Shown here: positions 1-12,525 of the stretch, piece by piece
How positions within the stretch are numbered: the first letter of the stretch is position 1
Layout: every line of letters begins with the position of its first letter
NCBI GenBank assembly: GCA_964035545.1
Contig: OZ037767.1
Location: 27,916,628 to 27,980,627 of the forward strand
Origin: Bugula neritina
Taxonomy: Eukaryota; Animalia; Bryozoa
Reading direction: 5' to 3'
DNA: 64,000 nt
Made by a program: the position numbers and the translations under genes
The notes under the pieces: generated by a model
Database searches by the model: none
The model's input: the letters and a program-made list of their open reading frames with translations, nothing else
Told to the model about the DNA's origin: nothing

Positions 1-30
1 CTGTTACAGGAAACAGGAAATAAAACTCAC

Positions 31-3000
31 ATGTCTGTACATCTTATCTCTCTCTAACTGGTTTCTCTTTGCCTGTGGTATGTGTTTTATTCGCTCAATC
101 TCTACAGCAACAATATAAAAGCATATACCAAACAACCTTAGTTTCTGCGATAACTTGAATTTATAATCATTAAAATAAAAACAAAATTACAAAATAACAT
201 TACATTAGAAATACATACATGCTTACAATTGAACGAAAAATAATTGTAGAAAATAATGCATTATAAATACAAACAACTAAAGGAACTAGAGCTGCTTAAA
301 TAAACTTTAGCCTCAGTTCTGCCTACCAGAGTCGGAGTCCATTTCGGACTCGGCTTTGGGGCCCTTCTTTTTCTTATCCATGAACACCATCCCATCGACA
401 CTAGTGACGGTTTTCAGCACCTTCTCTCCGTTACGTCGCGTCAACAGGGACCGTGTGCGGCCGACTGTAGCCTCCACATTCAGAGGGAGACGGAGTTTCT
501 CTCTCTTGTTAGCTGATGTACGAATAGCACCTGTTAAAGTAGTTACCAGTTCCTACTTCTGGCTAAACACTTTAGTAGGTCTAATGAGAAAACTATGACT
601 TTGTTCTAAACAGTTCGAAATATAACATAGTAGTGTATTACAATCTACTTGAGCCTTTGGAACATATGCTTTAGCTATTACAAAATTTTAAAGATACCAC
701 CAAATAAACTAACCTGCTGCCATTAGGCCACTGCTAGATGATGCCCCGTCTATTTCTGAGAAATGGGGGCGGTCTTGTCGAGTCTCAGGGGTGTAACGAC
801 GGAGACGGTTTTGTCTAGACGAGCTACCCCCCTCAGAAAGCTTTGGAATACTTCTTGGCACATATTGCTGGGAACATAAGAAACAAATTAGAACAAGATA
901 AAGTGTGATGAATAAACACAAGATAATGTACAATCATGCATGCAGGGAATACATCACGAAAACAGCAATTATAACAAATATTCAATAATTTATATAATTT
1001 ACAAAAAACTATCAACAAATATATATAAAAAGATTGAGTAAACTCTTACTTTATGAGGTGAAAGGCTCTTGGAGCTAGTTAGTGCGTATGTAGAGGAGGA
1101 AGAGGGTGTAGGGGCTGTAACACACAGTATATATCTATTACTATAATTATTATATTATTATACTGTACTACTGTATTAGAAAAATGTACTATATTACTAT
1201 ATTATATTATTATACTATACTACTGTTATAGAATACTGTACTATATTACTATATTATATTATTATACTATAACCAACACCTGTCAAAAGGAAAAAATAAA
1301 CTAAGTAAGCAACTCATTCAGAACCAAGAGCTGTAATTATAAATCAACAAATAAATAAACCAACACAATATATATGTGGGCACAACGCCACACAATATGA
1401 ACATTAAATTTCCCAGTAAAAAGTTATTTTTTAAGAAAAATCTTAAAGTTTAAAATCGAGTGACTGTAGCAGAAATGCTTCATGATTTTTTTTCAAGCAC
1501 ACAGCAGAAAGGCAGAATTTTACTCGAAATTGAAAATACAACAAACAACCTATATTATGAGGCAGCACCACATGACAATGAGGCAGCACCACATGACAAT
1601 GTGTTTGTTCACCTGAGACTTGTTTTACTTCTCTTAGTATCTCTGAAAGGTGTGAATTTACATCAATTATATTCTCTAATGTATTACATTCCAAATCAAA
1701 TTGTAAAGAAAAATGCATAAACAATTTACAGAGAAAATTCAATTCTCATAAGCAAATTAAACAAAAAACTGATGACACTTTTTGATATCCTTAAGAGGCT
1801 GAAGATTGGCTCCATCTATGTGAAACAGAACTCTGAGGTAAGAAAGTCATTGTAACATCCATAAATAATAAATAACCCGGATATTTTGCAGACAGCTTTG
1901 TTCTCTTGTGACATTCCATTTTTAGAGGTAAAATAAATTGCAGCGGAGTTTTAATTATCTGAATGTTAAAATTTTTTGTTGTAAACACAACTAATGAGTT
2001 TTCAATAGCCAATTATACTGTCTCACAGTTTCAGTCAGTAAGTAACACTAACACTGTATCTACAGTAAGTCACACTGTATCTACTAGTAAGTCACACTGT
2101 ATCTACTAGTAAGTCACTCTGTATCTACTAGTAAGTCACACTGTATCTACTAGTAAGTCACACTGTATCTACTAGTAAGTCACACTGTATCTACTAGTAA
2201 GTCACACTGCATCTACAAAAGTAACACTGACACTGTATTTACAGAAGTCACGCTGACACTCACCATCAAATGGCTCGGCAGTATCCTGTGCTGACCTTGA
2301 CCTGGAATGATAAGGAGTAAGTTTAAGAGAAGGCCGGCCACTTTTCGTAGAAGTTTGTTGATCAGTTTGGGATGAAGTGATTTCTTCAGCTGACTTTGAC
2401 CTCTCCTGGGGTGAACTTTGTGGCACGGATAGATGATGGGTGCTGCCTGGCTGCGTTACTGCTGGGCGCTTGTCGCTATGGAAACATAACAGATGAGTTG
2501 GCAATGTCATGCTTTTGTGCTGCATGCATGAATATAAAGTAAAATACAGATCATTGCTTTCGCAACTGCAATTCTAACTTTGTTTTACAGCTGAAAAGCA
2601 GCTACAATCTAGTGACACTATTACGTAGTCTGTATTCTGAAGGTCATATTGAGGTCATACTAGCAGAAGGACTAAGAGCAGCCGTCTGCCAAAGACTTCT
2701 TCTATTCCTATGATAAGAAACTATTGGCAGCCTTACATTAACCAGGAAAGACATCAGAGCCCGGCTTTTAGTACCATACAAAGTATTGATACTATTAATA
2801 ATACTGGTACTACTAATACACCATAAAGCTGTCCTCAGGCTATTCTGAATACCTGGCTGGTCTCTGTAAACTGCTGGTTCTGTGAACTGGCTGAGAAACG
2901 GCCTGGGAACTTTCATTACTAACTATCACTTCATTGCTACCCTTTTTCTTGGACTTTCTCATTATAGATCCAAGGCTAAATGGTTTCTTATCACTGCAAT

Positions 3001-4749
3001 GATCAGGAGATAGTATTTTCATAGTATTTTACCATCAGCAAATACATGGCTCTGACTATACCACATTGCTTAGTTCATTTATATTGTTGTAAAACATAGT
3101 AAATATATGTACATAACATGGGTAATACTAAACAAGTTTTACAAGTCTACATTACATTACATTATCCTATTACAAGAGTATAATTATAGTGTTAGCCTCA
3201 TATGAACACTACTGTCTCTATATACGAGTAACAGACACAAAATATTTAGAACAAAAGCTCATGTACTTTAAGAAGGCACAGAGAAAAACATGGGCAGACA
3301 ACTAGCCACACTAGGTAGGTAAATTCTGCATTGTGAGCAGAACTGATGCCCTGTTGCCCAGTTTTTACAATGAAGACATGCTAGTATTTGATAACGCATG
3401 CTGGAAGTCCCCTACTCAAGATTAGAAAGAGTTTGACAGTCTACCTTTTGGCTCCAGGACTCTCGGGTCTTGTTTGTTTCTTAATGCTGAAGAATTTAAA
3501 GAGAGACTCATTAGACTTGCTAGACTCAGATCTTTGGGGCTTTCGATTGCTCCTGTTGCGGGCTTCTTTCAACAGTTCCTAAACAAAAGGATTGGATTCT
3601 GATAAATAAGGTAAAAGGCAATCATGTGAGGATGTTCGGTTATTTCTCACACCTTTAAAGGTCACCATAAAACAGTTTCATCTAGAAGTTGTCAACAGCC
3701 AACAGGTTGTTTGTAAATTGGTAGAGCAGTGTCAAAGTATATGAGTTAAGGAATAGGCCAGAGCAGAGATAGGAGAGGAAAGTTAAGGAACATACAGCAT
3801 ATGTAATTAATTTATTGATGAGCAAAGATATATGATTAAAGAATTATCTTCCCTTAAAAACCCTATTAAGGGAAGATAATCCCAATGACTGTTCTAAAAG
3901 TAGAGCTACTAGATGAAGAAACATAAATTAAGTAATTTTGAAATTTTATAATTTTATAATTTAACTACTTAAGTTCCTTTTAACCGCAGGGGAGCCAGTC
4001 TACAGCATGGCGAAATGCTCCATGTTCGTTAACGTCAACGTATCAACTTTCCTCCAACTGCTAAAATAACAGCCTCTTACAATGAATACCATACCTTCAT
4101 TTCTTTCTCTCTTTTTTCCTTTTCTTTTTGACGTTGTTTCTCTTTGGCTTTATCAGTTTTATCAAAGTTGCTTTTTCGAGTGGGTAGAGTGGAGGCCCGA
4201 GCCACACTTCGAGTACTGACGTCTGCTTCACCTCGCTTATCTCTGAAAACACAAGCATCAGATAAAACATATTGAGTAAACCAAATCACTTTCAAATGGA
4301 GAACTTTAACTGAAAAAAAGAAAACACACATGGCAGAAAACTAAACTAGCATTTTAACATAAAAACCTCAAATATAAATTTTTACATAAAATATTCATTT
4401 TATGTCAAAATGGCAGACAATCAAAAAAGGATACAAAAATATTACCACCAACTACATTTGCTGCCGGTCAATGTGGCAGCATTTAAAGTGAACTGAGTTT
4501 AGTTAAATATTTTTCAGCAAAAGGAACTATCAGGGACATAATTTTTTTAGTAAAGATATTGCTACTTATCATATCTTAGAGCAAATTGATAACACTGATA
4601 TAACATTATTACAGGAAAATAAAAAGTAACAAAAGTTATCAACAGCAATAATGATGACTTATATTTACCTCCATATGTCTGCATTTAGCCCAGTACCTTT
4701 CTCTGACGCCTGGGCAGTTCCTTCTAGTCTACAAATTTAGAATCTTCAG

Positions 4750-4802
<53 letters not shown>

Positions 4803-7800
4803 GAATAATTTAAAGACTATGAAAGCTGCGAGGCAGTAAAAGCAATATTATAACTACATGGTAGTTAGTCAGTGAAGTCTGTATTAATGAGGTTAGAGCT
4901 TCAACTGTATTCGAATAGAAACAACTACTAGAGGTTGTGATGGTGAGCTAGTATTAGACAATGCTGTGGTTATATAGTACAAAGCTGAGTAAGTTTAATA
5001 GCTACGAAGCAGCGGACCTGAATCTTGTCACAACTCCAACAGGTTTTACGCTACACAAAAAATACTAAATTGCATTAGCACAGTGCTCACAGCATCAACT
5101 TATTGCATATTTAAATACAAATCTAATCTAAAATAAATTAGTCCCATCATATTCCAACAGTATTATAAATTGATGTATGGAAGCTACGCAATGTCCAGAG
5201 ACAATAGCTAACAGGTATTACATATGTACTCACGCAAACTTGTGCTGGTGTGATTGAAGAACCGTGACATCAACAACTTCTGTACTCCCTTTCTTCTGAC
5301 CCAGCTTAGCCTTTTTCTTCTTCTTTACTTTTTTAGGTCGGGGCGTCACGCTATACCTCTCGTCCTCATTTTCACTCCTACTACCAGACCTCTGCATTCG
5401 GTTTAGAGCGTGTCGTAATCTCTCCGTAGTTCTCTACATGCAGCCAATAATATGCAGGGAAAATCTTCACTGCAGTGCTTTATACTCACAATATAATGTT
5501 ACATAAACTACATTAAAGTGTGTATAATATTCATATCAATACAAGTTACTAACTTTTAGTAGCAGCACTATAAAATGTGTTTACTAAAACTTGTGAATTA
5601 AACTTCACAAGTGTATGCAGCAAAATAATTAAATATTTTTTATCCAACTTTTAAAAAAGTTATATTGAAAACATTAAAGCACGAGGGGGGGGGGGAAGGG
5701 AGGAAAAACAACCCTCTTTGTTTGAAATAACTTACAGTGAAGAAACTTTTTTTCTTTCTTTGAGAGAGGTCAAGGTTCAGGTCAACAGTGGAGGAATCTG
5801 AGCCGGAAGAGTAACGTTGTTCGACTTCAATATGTTTGTGTATGTGTACGCCATTGGCAGTTGTCTCCACTTCTGTCCTCTCCTTCAATATATTTCAGTA
5901 TATTCTACACGTGCCCCAGTATGTATACACTACCACAATATATATTACCGTACCTCAGTATATTATACAAGCACCTTAAAATATAAGCCCTTGAATATGA
6001 TCATACACACATTAGACTGGCTACCAATAAACTGATCACATATCTTTCGCTTACATAATCTTTTCCCCCATGTATTGCGGTTGTGGTTCCAGGTTCCAAG
6101 GCTATGAGAGATATGGGAGAGCTGCCTTCATCTTCTTCTAATGTTTCAGGGGAAGCAATTGCTATATGACCTTGCAGTGCCTCGGTTACCTAGCAACGTG
6201 AATAACTGTGTCATCACTATGGAAACAATGCAGTGTTTGTTTATTCATCTATAAACAGCATTTACTGCGGTAATACATATCCCATTATCTAACATCTTTT
6301 TCATGAAATACCATAAAAAATAAAAATTAAAACAAAAGGTAAGTTGAGATGTCAATATATTCCTATCAAAATGTATTATAGCACAGAATCAATCACATTA
6401 AACTAACTCAGACAAAAATATTTATGATATAGCATTTCACACAAAAACTGATGCTTAAATAAAGCTTTTTATATTGAATAGCTGTGACTGGATAGAAAAA
6501 CTCACCGTGTTTAGGCAATTGTCATCAGGAAATTCATCATAGAGCGCGCAGTAGTAGCTGTCTCGCTGAGGGTAGTGAACAAAGAACTCGCCACTTCTCT
6601 CGGCAGATGACTCTACCGCAATGATAGGTGAGAGGGGGCGTGGTGAAGCGGCAGCAGGAGAGGACATGTTGGTAGGCAGCACCACGCTGACATCATACAC
6701 TTCTGCTATTGGGGAGGCGGGAGGGGTGTCCGTCTTAGGGGCATAAGGCTAAATAGTAAATGAAATCTGCAGAACACTTGTAATGATGACAATGAAATTC
6801 TAACATCTTTAGATTCAATGTAAGAACTTTTACAGAACTGAGTTTAAAAGACACATTCACGTTTAATAACTTAGCTATGTTGATGCATACATGGTACGTT
6901 GGTACGTACATTACACATTGGTACGTACATGGCACATTACACATTGGTAGGTACATGTGTCATTGCAGTTCACATTAAAAATACATAGTGAAAAGTACTG
7001 ACTACAATCTAGACTGCAACTATTGCTGTGATAAGCCTACCGATAATCATATTCCATGTAAAGGTATACCACGAGTCAAATTATGATTACTACAGGAATA
7101 TAATCAGTAAAATAATGAACGTTTCATTTTAAGTGAAAACTTATTGCATAGCCTTATGTTGCATATGTGAGATAGTGGGGTGTGGGGCAACATACAAGAT
7201 AAACCCCAACAAATGAATTTATAGTCTCAGTTACTTTCTATACATTTTGACTAGTAGATGCAATATTACGGATATAAGTATTTAACAGAATTAGTCTATC
7301 TGTATCGGAAAATTTCTATACTTTTTAATTTGTAAATACAGGAATTGTCTGCTCACGAGAATCTTCCAGAATATCTCATATCGTAGCCAAAAAGTGTTAT
7401 ACTTACCGATGGACTGTGTCGGCTTTTTGACTTTTGGTACCGACCGGATGGTCGGAAATCTGGATCCACCTTCAGACTGTTTTCAAGAAACAGTTCCAAA
7501 ACCCGCCGTGCATCTTCCCGGGCCTTAGTCCTCTTCTTCAACACGTTTCCAATATCTTCCTCCATCTTCAAATGAAAAGGAAGAAGTTACTACAACTCTA
7601 CCGAATAGTTACTATAACTCTAATTGATAGTTACTATAACTCTAACTGATAGTCACTACAAGTTATATTTAATAACCCAATCAGCACTCACCACAATCAA
7701 CAAACACAAACTGTTACATAAAATTGTCTAACACAAGTCGTTTCAACTGACACTACTGATTCTTGCCTTATCATAACAAGAGCCAGTAGTAGAATGAGAG

Positions 7801-10800
7801 AAATGATGTTTGTGAGCAGTTCACCTGTCGTTCAGATAAGTGCTGTCACAAAAGGCCATTATTCAACATTTTACTGGGTAACTTTCAAGATTAGATAAGA
7901 GTTGTTTTAAAACAATACATTACTAATAGTGCAGTTATCGGCTAACAGAGCTACATTATATAGCCTACTGCATTATATAAAATATAATGTGAAATGAAAC
8001 TGTATTAGAAATAGGAATGAGCTTTATAGAAATTAGTTTTGCAATCCAATAATTACACAAATCACTCCCCAGTTACTCAAGCAATACGCTAATTGTACGT
8101 CTATATTGATTATTGGCAAATCATTTGAGTTTAAAAATACCCATTTATGACATCATTAAACAGTTACATTGATTTGATAAAGGAAGCGTGAACCACATGA
8201 ATGTCAGAGATTCAACATTACACAATGATGACAAATACACTGTAATCACAGCATTATTAGGGGCAAATACATGAAATCTGAGACTGGCATTGCAAACATT
8301 GTAGTGGAATAGCACACTATACCAAAATCGAAGTGTTTTAGACAAGCACACATTATTGTAAAAAGTATAAAACAGGTAAAGGGCTGGGATTTTAATTTAC
8401 ACAACAGTTGATTATGTAATATACAAGGTTTAGTCTACACATATCTGGCTTACCTGTTGAAGATTATGCAGTTTCTGCAAGCAAGAAGTAGTAACAGTGT
8501 GAAAATAAGCTCAATGAATTTCAACAATGAAAATTGGTTGACTAACTTTAATGGGAATAAAATAGAAATTGAAGCTCAGAGTAAAGCAAATGGGAGTGAT
8601 CAGTATTTCTAGCTACAGGATTTGTGTGGAGAGCTAAACACAAATCTAGACAGAATAAAAGTTTTTTCTTAAATAAAGGTTGCGGAGAAAAGAAATTCAA
8701 TTGTACTTGCAATCATCTTTACTAACATGTTAAAACTTTCTAATTTAATATTTTATATAAATTTGAAAAATAATAAGAAACATCTGAAGGGGAAAGAAAC
8801 TTTTCACACAGCTGACGATATTTCAAAGCTTTACGCAGCAGAGCTGAACAGCCACTACTTACATCCGGGTTCTTGTAAATATTCTCCAATACTGGGCCTA
8901 ATGCAGGCAGTGCATTGTCTGGCCAAGGAGGTAACTATATCGGTAAGAGAGTAGCAAACCATAAAATGAATTCTACTACAAAACTACTAGTACACAAACA
9001 GGACAGTCTACTTAGTGAATAAAATTTGCTCAAGTTTATAGTCACCATCCCTGTGAGAAAACCCCTGATGGAAAGGCTTTTTTGTTAAATTGGGATAAGG
9101 ACTTATTCAGATGGGGCACAGAAGCAACAATGACTGGATGCTCTTCCTAACATCACCAATGGCCTTTGGCGGGCTCGAACTCATGACTTCGTGTTTACTA
9201 GGCAAACGCTCTAACCCCTAGACCACAGCTGCTCCTTCTACTTAGTGAATGAATACTACCTTGCTTATACATCTATCTCTCTATCGTATTATATTACATT
9301 TACACCAAGACCAGCAGCTAAACACTGTACACATTAAATATGTTTACCTCGACCAGACTCCTGTGAGGATTAAGATTGTAGTGCCCTGACGGCTGCCAGT
9401 TACGGTCTTTCTGTATATGCTGGCTAATAAGATGCTCCAGAATGTGTGCCACAACATCCCGGTTGGTGGTGCAGGTTGAGGAGAGGGAAGACAACTCTAC
9501 TGTACTCATCTCACTTCCTTTTTCAGAGGGACTTCCTGTTACTGACGACGAAGGCGGGGCTACAGTAATAAATGTGAGTGGTAAAAGACTCCGCAGTGTT
9601 ACGCTTCTACACACATTTGCTCTAGTTTTGCTTCACATGAGACAAGGTTTTTATTCTCTGAGAGAAACATGTATGCATATATTTCAAATTACCTCAGCAG
9701 TGATTAATAAAACATGGCCTTATATTAAGGCTACATGATGAGTTCTACTATAACAAAATCTTAGAGTCAGTGTTGCAGAGAGAGTTCTACACATTTCCAC
9801 TTTGTCTGGTGAGCTGTGATGTGGAAACCATCAAAATAGGTTCTGGATTTACTTGTATTTCATGAGACAAGAGATTTAAAAAAAGAGAAACTTTTTCTCG
9901 AGTCTAAACAAATTTACCAGCTCTGTTACAGCACACACTTCATTTCCATATTTGAGTCAATAGTTATAAGGAAGTAACTTTTCCCTCCAGAGATTAATCA
10001 ATTCACAAAGCAAAAGCTATCAATATCACTAAACAACTGTTATTGATTGAAAATTAACTAATCACGCTAAGTAAAAATAGGTGATAATGCAATTCTGATA
10101 AGAGTAGGCAACCGGGAAAGCTTACGTTGATTACACCTGCATGGATAGTGATTACTCAATTTACAAAGTCTCAATACCAAACATGCCTACCTATCTGAAT
10201 ATCAGCGCTACCTAATGAGGGGTCAGGGACATAGGCTGACGGCACTTGCATTGCATCTCCTAGCCTCGGAGACTGAGAAGTAGCCCCGGGAGTTGATATG
10301 TGCAGTTTATTTGTGGACTGTGACAGGTTATCCCCAACTAAGTCATCAGCTGAAATAGACTGTGTTCTAAAAGAGTCTATATAGTTAGAGTCATCGGGCT
10401 CTACAGCCTCCTCCCCATTTGTACCTACAATCATAGGCGATGGTAGCAAATAGCAAGCAAGACAGTGGCATTCCGGCAAAGCAAGTATGTGATACCACCA
10501 GTTGCAGTATCTAGACTGTAGCCCCTGTCTCTATAGACTGTGGTCTCGGTATCTAGACTATGTTCCCTGTCTTTAAAATCTATACTCCGTACAAAGCAGT
10601 CTCAGATTAACAGTGTTGTTGAGGAATTTCATCACTAAATACAATTGATAAAGCAGAACACAGTTGCCTATGAATGGATACACTGTATAATATTTCACAG
10701 TATTTATACCTGACTTACATATGATTTATAAATCCACACTCATTTGTAAACCTACAAGGATAAGAAGGCAGCAATACTTGGAATAAGTATTTTAAAGCCA

Positions 10801-11472
10801 AAACTTTCTAAATAAAGCCTACCATCAACCTCCCCTACCTTACTCAATAGTTTTACTATCTCAACCATTGTGAACAGGTGGGCTGGTATTGTGAACAGGT
10901 AAGTTGGTACAACTCACCATCATGAACAGGTAGGCTTGTAGAACTGCAAGCTGGAATGTCGTTACACTCTGTACTAATGCCACTATCTGATGCTCTAGAT
11001 TCATCAGTAGAGTTGCTGAGGAGTTTTGCTCTCCCGACAATACCGCCTAGTTTTACTAGATCCCCGCCACCCTCACTCACTGTTGTTGATTTAACCTAAA
11101 GTAGTTAAACGTTATAGAATACGTAGAAACCATCTTGTCTATTACCAGAATATTTAAAGCATTGTTGAAGTAAATCAATTTTGTGGCAAAAATAAAATTG
11201 TATAGCAATAATCGTTAACTGTGTTATGATACAGCAACAAAAACAAAATAAAAATACATGAATAAAACTGCTAGGAAACTCCTTTAGAGAACTGGAAGAC
11301 ACAGCTTAGACCATCATTTACCATCTTATTAAGTGCACGAAATAACTGTAATTATTACTGATAAGATATAGGAACTGATAGCCAGTGTGGCTGCACTCAC
11401 CGTAGTATATTCGTATTGCTTAGAGTCAAACATTGACAGAATAGATTCAATCAAACCTGGTACCTCAAACAT
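31..11472 (-). CDS. Multi-exon gene for a long, mostly disordered Ser/Lys-rich protein, tentatively BCL2L12/BCL2L14-like; 3' end lies beyond the window start
   Basis: Phase-compatible GT-AG exons: 11401-11472 (MFEVPGLIES...), 10918-11095, 10191-10424, 9348-9559, 8454-8474, 7407-7565, 6506-6748, 6055-6189, 5736-5882, 5234-5433, 4669-4728, 4095-4242, 3445-3578, 2853-2993, 2264-2475, 1613-1642, 1050-1114, 714-867, 327-530, 31-101 (...ERDKMYRH|). Gene structure is well supported. The family call is weak and rests on REDARRVLELFLENSL resembling the N-terminal helix of BCL2L12/14-type proteins. A probable 5' UTR exon lies at 12572-12665. Confidence 0.75.
2051..2217. repeat. 22-bp intronic minisatellite (GTAAGTCACACTGTATCTACTA)n, about 7 copies
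   Basis: Directly abutting near-identical units with no spacers. Confidence 0.95.
4753..4797. repeat. (TA)n microsatellite
   Basis: Direct. Confidence 0.97.
9021..9236 (-). mobile_element. tRNA-derived SINE with a Meta-domain-like core, full-length copy
   Basis: Minus-strand A box (TGGTCTAGGGG), B box (GAGTTCGAGCC) and GTTAGGAAGAGCATCCAGTCA core. 14-bp TSD TCTACTTAGTGAAT at 9007-9020 and 9237-9250. Closely similar to the copy at 59872-60090. Confidence 0.9.
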
Positions 11473-12132
11473 TCTAAGATTAGTAAACTAAGGACTACTT
11501 AGCTCAGAGGTTAGCACCTAAATCCAGTGCTAATATTTACACCAATCAGCAACAAGCTAAGAGGAAATAGCAGGGGACAAGTTGGGTTTCCCCACCACAA
11601 AAGACAAAATTTTTCAGTCAATGCTGCAACAATACAACCTGTTGTTTTAAACTACCTGTTCCTTCCATAGCAACCAAGTTATTCAGAGTCAACTTTTGTA
11701 TTCTTAACAGAAGTTTATTGAAGTGTATGAAATGTTGGGGAAATACAGGCTATATATATTCTGTCTCTATTTTACGTCACCACCATGCTCAAAACAGCAG
11801 TTTTCATAATATTTGTCAAAAATGTAAATTAATGAGTGCTACACAAAAAATTTCACTGTTTTTATTGAATATACAAAAATTAATTCAAAAGAAAATTTCT
11901 GCATTAAAAAGTTAGTGTCTCAATTTATTTTATAACAACCTCAGATAAATAGACCTTTGTCTCTGTAAATCTTATGACTCTTGCACTCAAAAAAACTTTG
12001 CAAAACATTGTGTATATGGAAGTCATAAGAAGTCAACAAAACTTAACAATAACTACGTATTTTTATTCAACATCCTTAAAATTTAGTTTTGTCTACTACA
12101 CTATCTCATTAGTACTATTATCACCACTACAA

Positions 12133-12260
12133 AGCAGCCATAGCCTAAAGGTTAAAGGTTAAAGCGCTGGCTTAATAACCCAGAAGTCAATGGTTTGATC
12201 CCCAGTGAAGCGAATTGGTGACATTAGGAGAAGCATCCAGTCATAATTGCTCTTGCGCCA
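12133..12260 (+). mobile_element. Degenerate copy of the same SINE family
   Basis: GCAGCC head, decayed B box, ATTGGTGACATTAGGAGAAGCATCCAGTCATAATTGCTC core. Confidence 0.7.
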
Positions 12261-12418
12261 CAATAGTGAAAAGATCCTTAACTCACTTAAAAAACCCATT
12301 CCACCAGTGGTTCTCAAAAGGATGGCGACTATAAACCCACCCTAGTTTTTTTATAATTATCACACTACAGATACAAGGCCTTGTTCTGGCCTGCATTACA
12401 GGTCCATAGCAGTAGTAT

Positions 12419-12525
<107 letters not shown>

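Noticed and set aside
1796-1850. CTGAAGA...GAAAC hammerhead-like core
   Set aside because: Stem II does not pair and there is no UH cleavage site or stem I.
2051-2217. Regular short repeats resembling a CRISPR array
   Set aside because: Units abut with no unique spacers, there are no cas genes, and the context is a eukaryotic intron; it is a minisatellite.
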